Of a stretch of 64,000 nt of DNA, positions 1 through 12,150 are shown piece by piece; position 1 is the stretch's first letter; every line of letters begins with the position of its first letter. The notes under the pieces were generated by a model, which was not told the DNA's origin, searched no databases, and worked only from the letters and a program-made list of their open reading frames with translations. The DNA is taken from the NCBI GenBank assembly GCA_038496445.1, contig JALMLS010000322.1, forward strand, positions 930,001 to 994,000, given 5' to 3'. The stretch comes from Trichosphaerium sp. ATCC 40318. Lineage: Eukaryota > Protista > Tubulinea. The position numbers and the translations under genes were made by a program.

Positions 1-1218
1 TGGTCAGGGCAAAACTCAGAACCATTGGAAAGTAATTCAGCTCACGACCCTGATGGCGTTACAGCGATGACTCAAGAAATGTGGGAAGCCACAAAGTGGG
101 ACGGCACGTTCTACAATCCTTCAAAAATGGCAAAGGAAGACTTCTACGCCGCAATATGCCCAGAGGGCGTCGTAAGGGGATTGAGAGAAGAATTTTACAA
201 GTACAAACCTTTTGCCGATAATATGAACCCAACAAAAGCAGAAGTGGACGAATGGCATCGGATTGTTATTAACCAGATCAGAGCTCTTGTAGGTAAGTAC
301 CTTGTATCGAATTCAATTTCTTTTAAATGGTTTTGAAGTCAAAACCTTCTAATAGTTTTGGCATAAAAAGTCACGTGACCAAAGTTCGATCTTTTTTTTT
401 GGAACTCTACCTCAACTTGTTGAAACATTTGGTGACCTGCTTGTACACCTTTATAATAGCGTCACTTTAATTCCACGTGTTGTGTCCATTTTAGAAATTA
501 AAGAGAGACTCTTCTGACTGTTTCTTTTACTACAGGCTTTACAAGACCGGAGGAACTAATGAATAAGGACTTTTGTATGTTTGCTCGTGCCCAATGGGGT
601 GATGAACGCCGATCTACAACACAGTGGGACGCGAAATACCCTACCGACACCTGCCAAGGCTCTACAGATTCTCATTGTGGCGCTAGCTTCTTCCCTTCTG
701 CAACTGATCAAGCTCCTTACTTACCTGCGGGTCACGATGCATGTGGGTCAGTAGGTGGCAGTGAAGGTACTTTTTCTATTCGGACAAACCTTCCATGGAG
801 CTTGAAGTTGAGCCAAGCATTCTGTGGTACTTTAAACCGCGAAGGATACTGGGGCGGTCATGTTGGTCCATTCATGCGTAGAACAAAGTTCGGACTTAGC
901 TTCTGGGATAACAAAGACGGTGGTACCACAGTAAGGGGGAAATGGACAGGGACCGTAACACCAGTGAGATTCTGCAACCCAACTGTCGCTGGTTGTGATC
1001 CAACTGATATACCTACTGTAGCTCCAACAATGTTACCAACACAGAAAGTTACAACTGAACCACCAACAAGCGAGTCTCCTCCAACTACAACTGATGCACC
1101 TGTTCCTGATCCAACAACTGATGCACCTCAAGCTACTGATGACCCAAGTACTTCAAGTGCTAATATTGTAACCACTTGTTCATCTCTCATTATTGTTATA
1201 TTCTTGGTATTAATGTAA
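1..1218 (+). CDS. Secreted/GPI-anchored surface protein with a divergent CAP/SCP-like domain and Pro/Thr stalk (5' end outside window)
   Basis: ORFs 25-336 and 559-1218 join in frame through a GT-AG intron 293-535 (RALVG|FTRPEELMNKD). C-terminal PTT-rich stalk followed by a hydrophobic tail. HRIVINQIRALVG...ARAQW...GHVGPF...FGLSFW resembles CAP-domain motif spacing (inference). Confidence 0.75.
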
Positions 1219-1559
1219 AACGTTGAAAGATACAATAAAGTAGAATAGTTAGAAATTTGTGCTATGTTCGATCATAAAACAAATAGTATAAATCCTTACG
1301 ATTTCACAAGAAACAGTTTTAACAAGGTGTACTTTGTTCAAAAAAACGAATTTCACAGCGGAAAATGGAGTTATTGAGAAAGGATAAAGACGCCTTTAAT
1401 AATGAGTAACTGAGTAAGTTACTCCAAAGTAAGTATCAAATTCTAGGTTACTCATTTACACCTCAATCCCACATATGAATCGGTATGCTGTTCACCCTTC
1501 CTTAAATCCTTGTTGCCTTAAACCACGTGTATTCAAATTAAACCTCCCTTCCGCAGAAA

Positions 1560-2844
1560 ATGAATTTCTATGGTTTATCAATTGAGCAGGCACTCGCATA
1601 CTATCGTGATAACCACAATGAATCGTTATGTAAAATTAAAGGAGCTCAACACGAATCGTTCTTTAAACAGGTAGAAAGTATCTTGAGTGCATCAAATGCT
1701 AGTCTTGTAAACCAACTCAAACAGCTTCTATTCAAACATACGAACGTCAAAAGCCTTGATAATACCAATCACGCCATCAACGATAACAGTAGTCCGGACG
1801 GAGTGCATTCCGAGGACGCTACAGCATCTAAACATAAGAAAACTAAAAAGTACGTTTTATTCAATGAACATTGCTTTGTCACTTACAATGAATGCCCGCA
1901 GTTCGCACGTGACCAAAGAACTGAATATTCTTGATTTCCCACCAGAGGTTATTGCGAATATTCTTCATCATACAGAAGCCAAGGATAGATTCCCTGTTGC
2001 TCAGTCATGTCATTTGATGGCTGATATCATACATGATGTTGTTGGATACAAACAAATTTATCTTAGGCGTATTCAAGACATCCGAAAGATAAAACAGTGT
2101 AAGGGTATCATGAAGAACAGCAACATTGAGGTATTTAATATAAGAGATACAGTGTACTCGTTGCTTGCTGGTTGTCGAAATATTTCTGTGTTCTCTAAAG
2201 GTTTAAATGAGAAGCATCATATCTATGATAGCGATCTACAACTGCTGTCAAAAGATGTCCAATATATTGACCTTACCAATTGTAAATATATTACAGATGA
2301 AGGTATACAAGCACTAGCAGGTGTACATACAATTGGCCTAAATAGATGTAACCTTGTTACAGACGAAGGGATTAAAGCACTCAAAGGGCTTCATGCTATT
2401 CATCTTCACGAAATGCCTGTTACAGACAGAGGTATTGAAGCATTAAATCATGTTCATACCATTCAGCTTAGTTGTTGTTCCAATGTTACAGATGAAGGGA
2501 TTAAAGCACTCAAAGGCAGTCATACTATTATTCTTAGATATATCAACGTTACAGATGAAGGGATTAGAGCACTCAAAGGCGTTCATACAATTACACTTGG
2601 TGATTGTCAACATATTACAGATGAAGGGATTAAAGCACTCAAAGGTGTTCATGCTATTCGCCTTGAAAAAATATCAGTTACAGACAAAGGCATCAGATTC
2701 CTTAAAGGTGTTCATACCGTTGATCTAAATAATTGTGCACATGTAACAAACGAAGGCATCATGGCACTAAAAGGTGCACACAACATTAAAATTTTTAGCT
2801 GTTGTCAGGTGACAGAGAGAGGTATTCAAGAGCACATTTCCTAA
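1560..2844 (+). CDS. F-box + leucine-rich repeat protein with N-terminal helical extension
   Basis: Exon 1560-1849, intron 1850-1901 (GTACG...CAG), exon 1902-2844. F-box LNILDFPPEVIANIL, then about 9-10 LRRs of type ALKGVHTIxLxxCxxVTDEGIK. Confidence 0.85.
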
Positions 2845-3194
2845 TGCTACAGTTTCCTATTATTGAATGTCCAGTAATTAATGTAACTAATACATCATTG
2901 CCTTTGAGCCTATTGCATTCTAGCATATTAAATAAACAAGCATCTTTGTAATATACCATTCTGTAGTTGTAACAAGATTAAAATCAAGGCGAAGCATTAA
3001 TGTATCTGAAGGTAGTTTATAGTAAACAAACGCACGTTGTCAAAAATAAAGCCAAAACAAGCTTGTCAATGACTTAATTTTCCACCACCAGTTGTTGGTT
3101 GTTTATTGTTAACATTCTATAGACGTCTAAAAAAGAAATAAACAATGGTAGAAATATGACCACAAAAATTTCTGCTACACTTCAAATCAAATCG

Positions 3195-3530
3195 ACTTAT
3201 CGTACCTGTAAATCGCGTCATGTACAGTTATATTAAGTTCTAAGGCGTTTTAATCTTTGTTAACAAATCGACTAGTTTAGAATTTTAAGGACTTTTGCTG
3301 ACTTTTAAATCGTTCAAATTCAGGGCAGCCCCACAGAAACGCCTTGCTTTTAATTTCACTTATAAAAAACAGTACTTGCAAGGGGGCAAAAATGGAAAGA
3401 GAAATATGTTAATTATGTGATTGTCCGCAAAAGTCCTTGAAATTCCAAACTAGCCGATTTGATAACAAAGATTAAAACGCCTTAGCACTTAATATAACTG
3501 TACATGACGCGATTTACAGGTACGATAAGT
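3195..3530. mobile_element. MITE-like element with ~107-bp terminal inverted repeats
   Basis: 3195-3302 (acttatcgtacctgtaaatcgcgtcatg...) is the reverse complement of 3423-3530 with only a handful of mismatches. Non-coding ~120-bp interior. No clear target-site duplication. Confidence 0.8.
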
Positions 3531-3579
3531 AATATTTGACAGTTTAGAATGCGCACTTGAATATTACTGTTTTAAAACT

Positions 3580-4707
3580 AATAAACGCCTAGTTTTTAGC
3601 TTCATTCTATGCGTATGCGTTAGTACCATCACGTGTCAGGTTTTAGAGCGATATACCCCGATTCAAGCCGATTGGTCAGGGCAAAACTCAAAACCATTGG
3701 ATAGTAATACGGCTCACGACCCTGATGGCGTTACAGCGATGACTCAAGAAATGTGGGAAGCCACAAAGTGGGACGGTACACTCTACGATCCCACGAAATT
3801 GTCAGAAGACGATTTTTATGATGCAATATGCCCACAGGGTATTGTAAGGGGATTGAGAGAAGAATTTTACAAGTACAAACCTTTTGCCGATAATATGAAC
3901 CCAACAAAAGCAGAAGTGGACGAATGGCATCGGATTGTTATTAACCAGATCAGAGCTCTTGTAGGTACGTACCTTGTATCGAACATTAGATATGTTTTCG
4001 AATTAAAACCGTGAACGAAAAGTCACGTGACCAAAGACCTTGTCTTTTTGATGAACAGACTTTTGTTGTCAAAAAAAACTATTTTACCCATTGTTCAATA
4101 CACGTTTCAATCACAAACTAATTAAACACAAAGTTACCTCTGTTGATTAATTTGTTTAGGATTTAACAAACCAGAAGAACTTATGAACAAGGACTTTTGT
4201 ATGTTCGCTCGCGCACAGTGGGGCGCTGAACGTAAATTTACAACACAGTGGGACACTGAATACCCTGATGATACTTGCCAAGGTGTTTCAAATGCCCATT
4301 GCGCTTGGAGGTTTTTTCCTTCCGCTGAAGACCAAGAACCTTACCTACCTGCAAATCATTCCACTTGCGGACCAGTTGGTGAAAGCGAGGGTGTCTTTCC
4401 TGTCAGAACAACAGAACCGTGGAGCTTGAAGTTGAACACAGCATTCTGTAGTACATTAAAGCAAGAAGGATACTGGGGCGGTCATGTTGGTCCATTCATG
4501 CGTAGAACAAAGTTCGGGCTTAGCTTCTGGGATAACAATGCTACAGAAAGTAAAAGTTGGACAACAATAAGAGGTAAATGGACGGGTACTGTAACACCAG
4601 TACGGTTCATAAAAAATGATGGTGCAGCAGATGCAAGCAACAGAATTTGTATTAATTTTACATTGCTGTTCTTTGTCGTTTTATTCTTGGCTCTAGGCCA
4701 CATGTAA
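3580..4707 (+). CDS. Paralogue of the 1-1218 CAP-like surface protein, lacking the stalk; no ATG found
   Basis: High DNA identity to 1-310. Intron 3965-4159 sits at the homologous position. The frame extends upstream into a signal-peptide-like KRLVFSFILCVCVSTITC. C-terminal hydrophobic tail. Confidence 0.7.
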
Positions 4708-5341
4708 TAGTTTCGAATAGAAATAAATCAGTTTTATTATTAGTTTTGATGTTGTTCTATTAGCATTCTTCTTAATCTCTTGTAGCTGCACTGATTCATT
4801 GTGAACGACAAGCTTCAATTGACTTATAATACGTACCACACGTGACCGCTATTTCAAATATTAAGCCAAATACGAGACCACAACAACAAGTTGGTATCTT
4901 GTTGCATTGTCTTGTATAGCCTCAATCATAATTCTCTTTAGGGCACGTGTACAAGTCAAACTACGAGTGCACCTGAACTTACCTTCCTGTAACGTGTAAT
5001 TGACACTCACGCTGTTGTAGTTAGCTTAAAAATCACTTCAACCAATCCGCATGAAAGTCCAATTTTATTCGAAATTGAGCGTGGTAGCGTTTTGTCGTAA
5101 CTCATAAACGGCTTGGAGGCTGTTTATGCCATTTCAGTTTTATTTGCTTGAATAAGTATACTCTATTTAGTAGTTCTCTAAGACGTATCACACGGATGTT
5201 TTTATTGTTTTTAAGTGTTAGAAGACAGATTTTAAACTATTGCCCGGCGATTTTTCAAACGCTTTTTCGGACAGAAATTTAACAAAAATTCGGGCATTTT
5301 ATTCAAAACATAAATAGCAACCTACAACAACGTAACCTCAT

Positions 5342-5734
5342 ATGAACGGGTCTAAACTATCAACCGAACAAGTAGTATCAAGCGCAGGCCTTGGGGTCTT
5401 CTTTTGGGCGCTAGGCGTCCCTTTAGTAAATTATCTCACAAAAGCCGCTATGATGGACATATACGGTCTTAAAATGATGGCATGTTACGCTCTACAGCTC
5501 CCAGTCGCATACGCTACTGTAAAAATTATGGATTTAGTACAACAGCCTAAAACTCATTATGAGAAGGTTCAAAACACTGCTATCGCGTGCGCAGCTGCGT
5601 GTATAGTAGATGGAGTCGCCTTGGTGTATTTTCCTCATCTTACTTATGGAACTGATGCTTTGCTCCTTTCTAGAGCAGGAGCTGCTCTATTGACGGGTAT
5701 AGGAACCCTTTTGGGCATAGCGACTCTGTTCTAA
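5342..5734 (+). CDS. Small four-TM membrane protein, resembles bacterial DUF5367-like proteins
   Basis: Intronless 130-aa ORF with four hydrophobic segments; motif IVDGVALVYFPHLTYG...GAALL. Family assignment is from recall only. Confidence 0.6.
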   Translation: MNGSKLSTEQVVSSAGLGVFFWALGVPLVNYLTKAAMMDIYGLKMMACYALQLPVAYATVKIMDLVQQPKTHYEKVQNTAIACAAACIVDGVALVYFPHLTYGTDALLLSRAGAALLTGIGTLLGIATLF

Positions 5735-7444
5735 GAACGTTGTAGCTTCTATTATGTACAATAAACTTTTCAGTAATCTTAGAAGTCTAGTTTCTACGAT
5801 GTGAGCACGTGCGCCCATTAAAATTATGAGATCAATACGCCCGAACAGTTTGTGTGGTACTCATATGAAAGCAGCAATCAGGATGCCTAAACGGCATCTA
5901 GTTTTTCAAAAAAAGAAAAGTCTCCATCTCTCTAGTGGCTATCATCCGCTTCCCTGAGAACCTATACATGCCTTCTACAGAAAAACAAGGGATTAAATCG
6001 AAGGGTATTCAGGCACGTGTATTGAAATATCTTGAAAAAACAGGAGTGGAGCAATTAACAAAAGTTGTAAAGACAAATTAGTTACAAGTACATTTTATTT
6101 CTACATTTTCCTTATTTACAATGAAGTCTAAACACATATAATGAGCTCTGTATGTCTCTTGTATTGTAGCCCCTAATGTGACATTTCGAGAGTTGTTTTT
6201 TTTACTTGACGAAGTAAACTGCTTGATTGAGGCTATCTTGTTTCGTTTTTTTTGTGGAGCCTTCTTTAAGTTTATGGCAATTTTACCTCTAAAAGGTTCC
6301 CCATTCGAAGCTCTAGTCTGAGGAGAACAGCGCCAATGACGTAATTGCTGGAAGTATGGGGTCTTCTTGCTTGGTTTTTTGTAGATGCAGGCCATGTGGT
6401 AGAGGAGGAGTTGCTGTGGATGTATGTTTAGTTGACTTTTGCCTTTATTGTTCGAACTTGAATACCAATTTGTTCGATAATATGTTCGAAAAATAACTAT
6501 AATTCAACATGGGCAACAAAAAAAATATGCGAAAAATACGAATAATACTTGACATCATATGTATTATACGCCATAATAGTCAATATAAAACCCATACCCG
6601 AGATACGACCCGAACACGTGAAAAAACAGTATCAAACATAAAGTTTTAATTCGCGCTTGTTTGGTAGTTGAAAGAATGTGCCTGGACTATTTATACACCC
6701 GTAACAACTTAAAGAAGACGATACTTCGCGCAGTATAATTTTTGGGTATATAAAAGAGCGCCAAACTATTCATATCTACTCTCTACTAGCTCAGCGAAGT
6801 TAGTAGAAAAATCTTCAATGTCACGTTTTTTCATAAAATTCATCAAACTCCAAAAAAAACCGGTAAAAGTCTCCTTTGCTCTAATACTCTTGTTGAGCAA
6901 TACAAGGTATTTGTTATATATAGCGTTTGTCTGTACAAGGAATGGTGACAAATGGTGAGGGTCAAATTTTTATTGACAGTATTTTTTATGAAGCCAATTA
7001 CTATGTCGACCAATTACTCCATGTTCGAACAAAAGATTTCGAACACTTGTCTTTAACTCCAGCCCATTTGTGTTTACAAACTGTCCCAGTGCTACATTGT
7101 TCGAAACGTAGCTCTATCACTCACGAAGGAAAGAAAAAAAGAGGAGAGAAATGGTTAACTATTTAGTGAACGGGGAAAGTGCTTGCACAAAAAAAAAAGT
7201 ACAATGGTAACTACTGTGTTAATATACTGATCTTTCCCTTTAACATTATCAAAATTACACGATGTTTCCGGTTCATCTTTTTAGTGTTGACGTCATGTTC
7301 GAAAAAAAACACCCATTCAAGTTTTGCTATGTTCGAAACTCTTCTCTTTCGTACATAAAAAACACAGATCCTCGACACTGACTACCACGTATAGCTCATA
7401 AGCTATACAATTATTTATACAAGAATAGATCAAGTATCCAGTGA

Positions 7445-7837
7445 ATGTGGAAGAACATCAAACGCAATAGCAAAAGACTACGGTCTTCTTTAAACCGCTT
7501 AAAAAACTCTGGAAAAAAACCGTTTCACTACACTGTTTACGACGTAGCAATGATTAATGGCGAATATGTATCTACTACACCTTTCCAAAATGATCAAGAG
7601 TCATATCACGTGAACATGAGGGTCACTATTAATACTGGAGTAAGTAATGAAACGACAGAAGAACAGGCTAAAAGTGTGGAAAAAACAAAAAACTTCAAAA
7701 ACAATGGCACTCTAAACAAAAACAATATTGAACAAAGCAAATTCTACGAGTACAGTAGTAACAAATATGTAAATCCGTTATCACTGTTCTTATTTTTTAC
7801 ATTGCTCCTGATGCTGGTGACTAACAGTATTAAATAA
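7445..7837 (+). CDS. Hypothetical basic protein, or a 5' exon of the downstream EEP gene
   Basis: 130-aa ATG ORF whose 3' part looks intronic (T/A runs, acceptor ttacag at 7872). Confidence 0.35.
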   Translation: MWKNIKRNSKRLRSSLNRLKNSGKKPFHYTVYDVAMINGEYVSTTPFQNDQESYHVNMRVTINTGVSNETTEEQAKSVEKTKNFKNNGTLNKNNIEQSKFYEYSSNKYVNPLSLFLFFTLLLMLVTNSIK

Positions 7838-7878
7838 AAAATAAAAAAAAAATCACGTGTTTTCTTCTTACAGCACTC

Positions 7879-9538
7879 ATGAATTCACGTGCGTTTTTGG
7901 CGGATCATACGACATTCTTATGTGCTCGACAGCCAAGACAAGCCACTATTTATTCTAACAACTTTGAACGAGTGCAAAGTGCAGTACTTTGTAATTCAGC
8001 CGTTTACAGTCACTAGCTATGACTGCAACTGTTGACATGACACTGAGGAACAAAAGAGGTAATGCTTCTCCCTAACTAATGTCAGCGTTGACATTTGCTT
8101 GTTCGAAGCATGATCTTCAGTGAAGTCATTGCTTAGATAGGTGTGCCTTAACACCAAAAGAGCTTTTCATTGAAATAGAACCCACTGTAACTTATTTCTA
8201 CATTGATGCAAACACAGCAAGCGACTTGGTTTAATAAAGTAGGATTAGGTCATAACGAGCTAAAAGAGCTGTATATTGAAAACGAAACGCTCTACGCAGA
8301 GTACAACGATCAAATACCACCTAAAACGGACCATACGATAAGAATTGCTACATATAACGTACGAAAACGTTAACAAAAGACGCTCACTAAATTTCCTATC
8401 TTCAACGCACCTAAACAGCTTAATTAGCCAATGTTACATTTAAAACCGCGTAATAATTGTTCAGGTTCATTTTTGGCTCAATGTATTCGAGTTGAAGGGT
8501 GATGGACCTATACGTAACGTCATTAGATGTGTTGACGCCGATATTATCGCACTAGAAGAGGTAAACAGTAGCAACACTGAGTTTTTGTACAAAAACTTTT
8601 TTGATTTTCACGAACTGTCCGTTTCTCGTTTCTGACGACTTTTCTCGGATAGTCTGCTTCTTATCAAAGCCTCAGTGGTATATATACACGCAATGAAGAT
8701 GCAGAAGTTGTAAGTAAACGTATGAAGGCTCTGGGTACGCTCTGAATTACAACAATCAAAAAACTTCCGTTAAAACTACTGTTAGGATATCCTTACACCA
8801 CAATGCTAGAGAAACAAGTTGAACCGTTTCTCAACGCCTCAGCCTTTGTTACAACAATTTTTTCTCGATATCCAATAAAAAACATTGTGTATGAACCGCT
8901 AGCATCGAAGTATCAAGGTAAGAGATATTCCTTTGGCCACAATTTGACTCGAACCTGTTTTCATTTTGAAAGTTTTTTTTGGATACTGACCACGTGATTT
9001 TAGACGGACGTCATTTCGTTGCTGCTAGTGTAGTACTGCCAGATGGAACTCTTATAGAAATAATGGCAACTCATCTGGGTAGGTTCGAAACTATTTTATG
9101 CAACTTATTAATCATCTAGATGTTCGTGATGAGACTGGAAAGATAAGACTTAAACAAGTTGAACAAATTGCTGATTTTTTGCAAACACAACGTGGCAAGA
9201 GAGTACAGCTACTTCTTGGCGATTTTAACGCCTATAAACTATCTGATTATACACCTGAAGAATGGAAGAGGTTTGTAGATCATGATGCTATACGTGGAGC
9301 CATCACAGAGTCATCAACAATCGACAGAATAGAAAAAATCGGGTTTGAAGATATTTTTACAAAAGTGAAAGGAGCTCAATGCCCTAAAGTGACAACCTGG
9401 AATGGAAGACGTATAGACTTTATATTCGCTAAAAAAGATACGTTTAACTTTAATGTATCTTTTTGTGGCGTTTATCATGATCCAAGCTCGGATCATATTC
9501 CTGTGTTCACTGATATAACAATAAAGAAAGATACCTGA
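7879..9538 (+). CDS. Endonuclease/exonuclease/phosphatase (EEP) family protein, multi-exon; start uncertain
   Basis: Spliced motifs RIATYN|VHFW, DADIIALEE, ATHL|DV, LLGDFN, RIDFIF, SSDHIPV; GT-AG introns at about 8359, 8560, 8735, 8918, 9078. Confidence 0.85.
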
Positions 9539-9726
9539 AAAAAACAAGAAAATTATTCAGTTGTTTAGCGCTTTACGTTGTTCCATTACTTGCTCGTAAT
9601 AGGTCAAAGGATATGTTAGTTATACTTGACGTATACTTAGTATGCATGAACATAGGATAAGGTCAGCAAACAGGACCGTCAGTTGACTATAACAGAGCTT
9701 ATGTGAAAACAAACTAGGTTTAGTAT

Positions 9727-10641
9727 TTATCTATTTTTATAATGCATCCATGTCACTGCAGCATACTTTCTGCCACTAATAAGAGGACAACCTGCATGTT
9801 TGCTATTAAGGTTGATATTATTCTCAGTGTCTCTATTCCACCAAAGTATTGCCATGCCTCTCTTTGGTTTTACAACTAACCCAGCAAGAGGATCTTTCTC
9901 GTTTCCAAATTCTTTCTCCGAACCATCAAGGTAAGCTTCAATCTCTTCTTTTGTTTGTTTATTTGGATCTTTTCCTTGATACCCAGAGCAATGATCTGGT
10001 ATCACTTGTTTCTTACCATCAGAAGGTACAGCAAGAGGGAAAACTGTTTCACCTCCTGAGAAATCATCTGTCAAGTAGATAAACATTGTCGCTACTCTTG
10101 TTGTCGTTGGCATGCCTTCTTTTGGATGTGCATCCAAGTGACCACGAAAGTATTGTCCAGGTTTATATGATAGTAATAGCATAGTCTCATGTTGTTCTTC
10201 TGGGATATGTGAGTACGCTGCAATCCGTTTTATGATGATATCAGTCGAAGCATTTCTTCTGATTCCTGAGATTTTTGATGTCACTGTATTGCGAAGAACT
10301 CTTCCTCCACCGTTCTTCAGGACAACTGCTGTTCTTCCAAAGGCTCTTGATTGTTCTATAAGAATATCACATTCCTCAGGCGTTAAGAAGTTTTCAAAGG
10401 TGAATATCCTTGGATGCCATGAGAGTGCTTTAACTTTAATGTCTGAAGGAACGTTTTTATTGTCATTCACACTGTTTGCACCATTTTCAACTTTTCTTTC
10501 TATGTGCGGTACTTCACTGGTGTGGGGGTGCGTAAAATAGCCTTCCGAATGATTAATAAGTACAAATAGTAGAAACGCGGATGATACAAGGCCTAGGGCC
10601 ATAATACTGAGCAGTATTGATGCTATACGCATACGCTGCAT
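9727..10641 (-). CDS. Prolyl 4-hydroxylase (2OG-Fe(II) dioxygenase), type II membrane-anchored
   Basis: Intronless. N-terminal TM, LSWHPRIFTFENFLTPEECD, HLD, RVATMFIYL, GGETVFP, HAGCP...GRK motifs. Confidence 0.9.
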   Translation of the reverse strand: MQRMRIASILLSIMALGLVSSAFLLFVLINHSEGYFTHPHTSEVPHIERKVENGANSVNDNKNVPSDIKVKALSWHPRIFTFENFLTPEECDILIEQSRAFGRTAVVLKNGGGRVLRNTVTSKISGIRRNASTDIIIKRIAAYSHIPEEQHETMLLLSYKPGQYFRGHLDAHPKEGMPTTTRVATMFIYLTDDFSGGETVFPLAVPSDGKKQVIPDHCSGYQGKDPNKQTKEEIEAYLDGSEKEFGNEKDPLAGLVVKPKRGMAILWWNRDTENNINLNSKHAGCPLISGRKYAAVTWMHYKNR

Positions 10642-11069
10642 ATTACAATACTTTTTGCTTAAAATCACGTGACTTTCCACGTGGATTTACTTGAAACACG
10701 AATCACGACGACCTCGCACAGTGGGAAATAAAAGAATGACTCTAGCTTTTTTTTGAGGGCATTTTTGTGACTAATAGCGTAGTGTCAACTAAGAGAAGAA
10801 CTCATGAACGCTAAATACCCATATGCAGTGGTTTAGAAATGGCAAGCTATATGTGCTAGTCCGCAAGAACAGTAAGAAGGATGGTGCTTTTAATCTATGC
10901 CTCTCTCGTAAAGTCACTTGAATAGATTTAGACAAGCATACATGTGACATGGCTCACGATAGTGTAACCTGAAATGTCAAACGTCATTAAGTTGCAACAC
11001 TGGTTCAGGATTTAGAAACAAACTAGGATTGCTTAAATACATGTAATTAACACCAGGCTACGAAACACA

Positions 11070-12150
11070 TTACCAGTTCATACAAAAACAAGGATACAAC
11101 GAATTCAAAAAGTCTGAATTCATTAGAAGTGAATTTAATGTGTACTTTGTGGTTTCCTTAGCTCTGTTTGACGTTTTTGAATGTTTGCCATCCACCAGTG
11201 AAGCGCTTCGTTCTACCATTGATTCTAATCTCAAAGCTCTTATCTCTTTTAGCACTTGCGTATGCAACACGAAGAGTGATATCATAGTCACCTGTTTGAG
11301 TAAACTGTACATCGTACTCAACCCATTCATTATTTTCAATCCAACCAATGTTACAACCGTTGCTATCAGAAGTAGCTTGTAAATCTATGAGCTTCGGTTT
11401 GCAGTGTTGTAAGAAGCAGTTAGAAAGTCCTAAAGGCGATACAGTAAGTACACAAGATGAGATTTTTCAAAGACAATAGAAAAAAAAAAGAAAAACATAC
11501 CTTTGTTGCCATGCTATCACCAAAGCTTCTAAAGTTCTGAGCTTGACCTCTTCCAGCACGATTATTAAAGTTTGGATTGTTGTTGTTCATTGGTGGAGAC
11601 GGTGGAGGTGGCGGGTTTGATGCGCCGCTGTATGTGAAAGTTATGCCTCTGAACCAACCTCTTGGAGTTGTGACTTTAGGGTTCACAAAACGATCGTTCT
11701 CGTTGTTACAACGGTTTATATCGTTAGATTGGGACTTGCAAGACTCTGCTTGGACCTTATCGCGCACCTGGAAAGGTCTTTCTCTGATAGTAACAAAAGA
11801 GCAGCTTCGGTAGTTGCCGAGAAGTGTACCACCAAACGAATGTTTCTTGGCAATCTGATTTCGTTCTCGAGTATCTTAGGTGCTTTTCCTTTAAACTGTC
11901 CTTCTTGTGATGCACAAGGAAAACCAAAGTTACGTTTACAGCTTTGCTTTTTGACTGTAAGTCCATCCCAACAAAAGTGCATAGTCAATCGATCAAATGG
12001 AGTTGTTAGGTGTAATGTAAGTGACGTATATGTACAGTTTGCAGGTTAGGGTGGAAGAAATGATTTAGTTATTTTACTTTCGCTAAGTGCCAACAGTGAC
12101 TGTATCACATGCATGGCCAAGTTTAAACTACCTAGCAAACGTATCATTTC
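11070..12150 (-). pseudogene. Degenerate modular carbohydrate-active gene: Cys-rich N-terminal domain, Pro/Asn linker, CBM6
   Basis: About 11384-11110 reads DLQATSDSNGCNIGWIENNEWVEYDV...LRVA...TGGWQTF (CBM6 signature), with in-frame TAA at 11158-11160 before GNHKVHIKF. The upstream domain changes frame near 11840. Confidence 0.6.

Noticed and set aside
6078-6395. 105-aa basic ORF
   Set aside because: No motif or paralogue; cannot be distinguished from a chance ORF.
8787-8794. ATATCCTT as a U12 (AT-AC) donor
   Set aside because: Lies in coding sequence (GYPY) immediately after a normal AG acceptor.
11158-11160. In-frame TAA in CBM6 as evidence of stop-codon reassignment
   Set aside because: Conserved genes here (CDC40, Ran, profilin, Ras) end in TAA and 400-500-aa ORFs have no internal TAA/TAG; the standard code fits.
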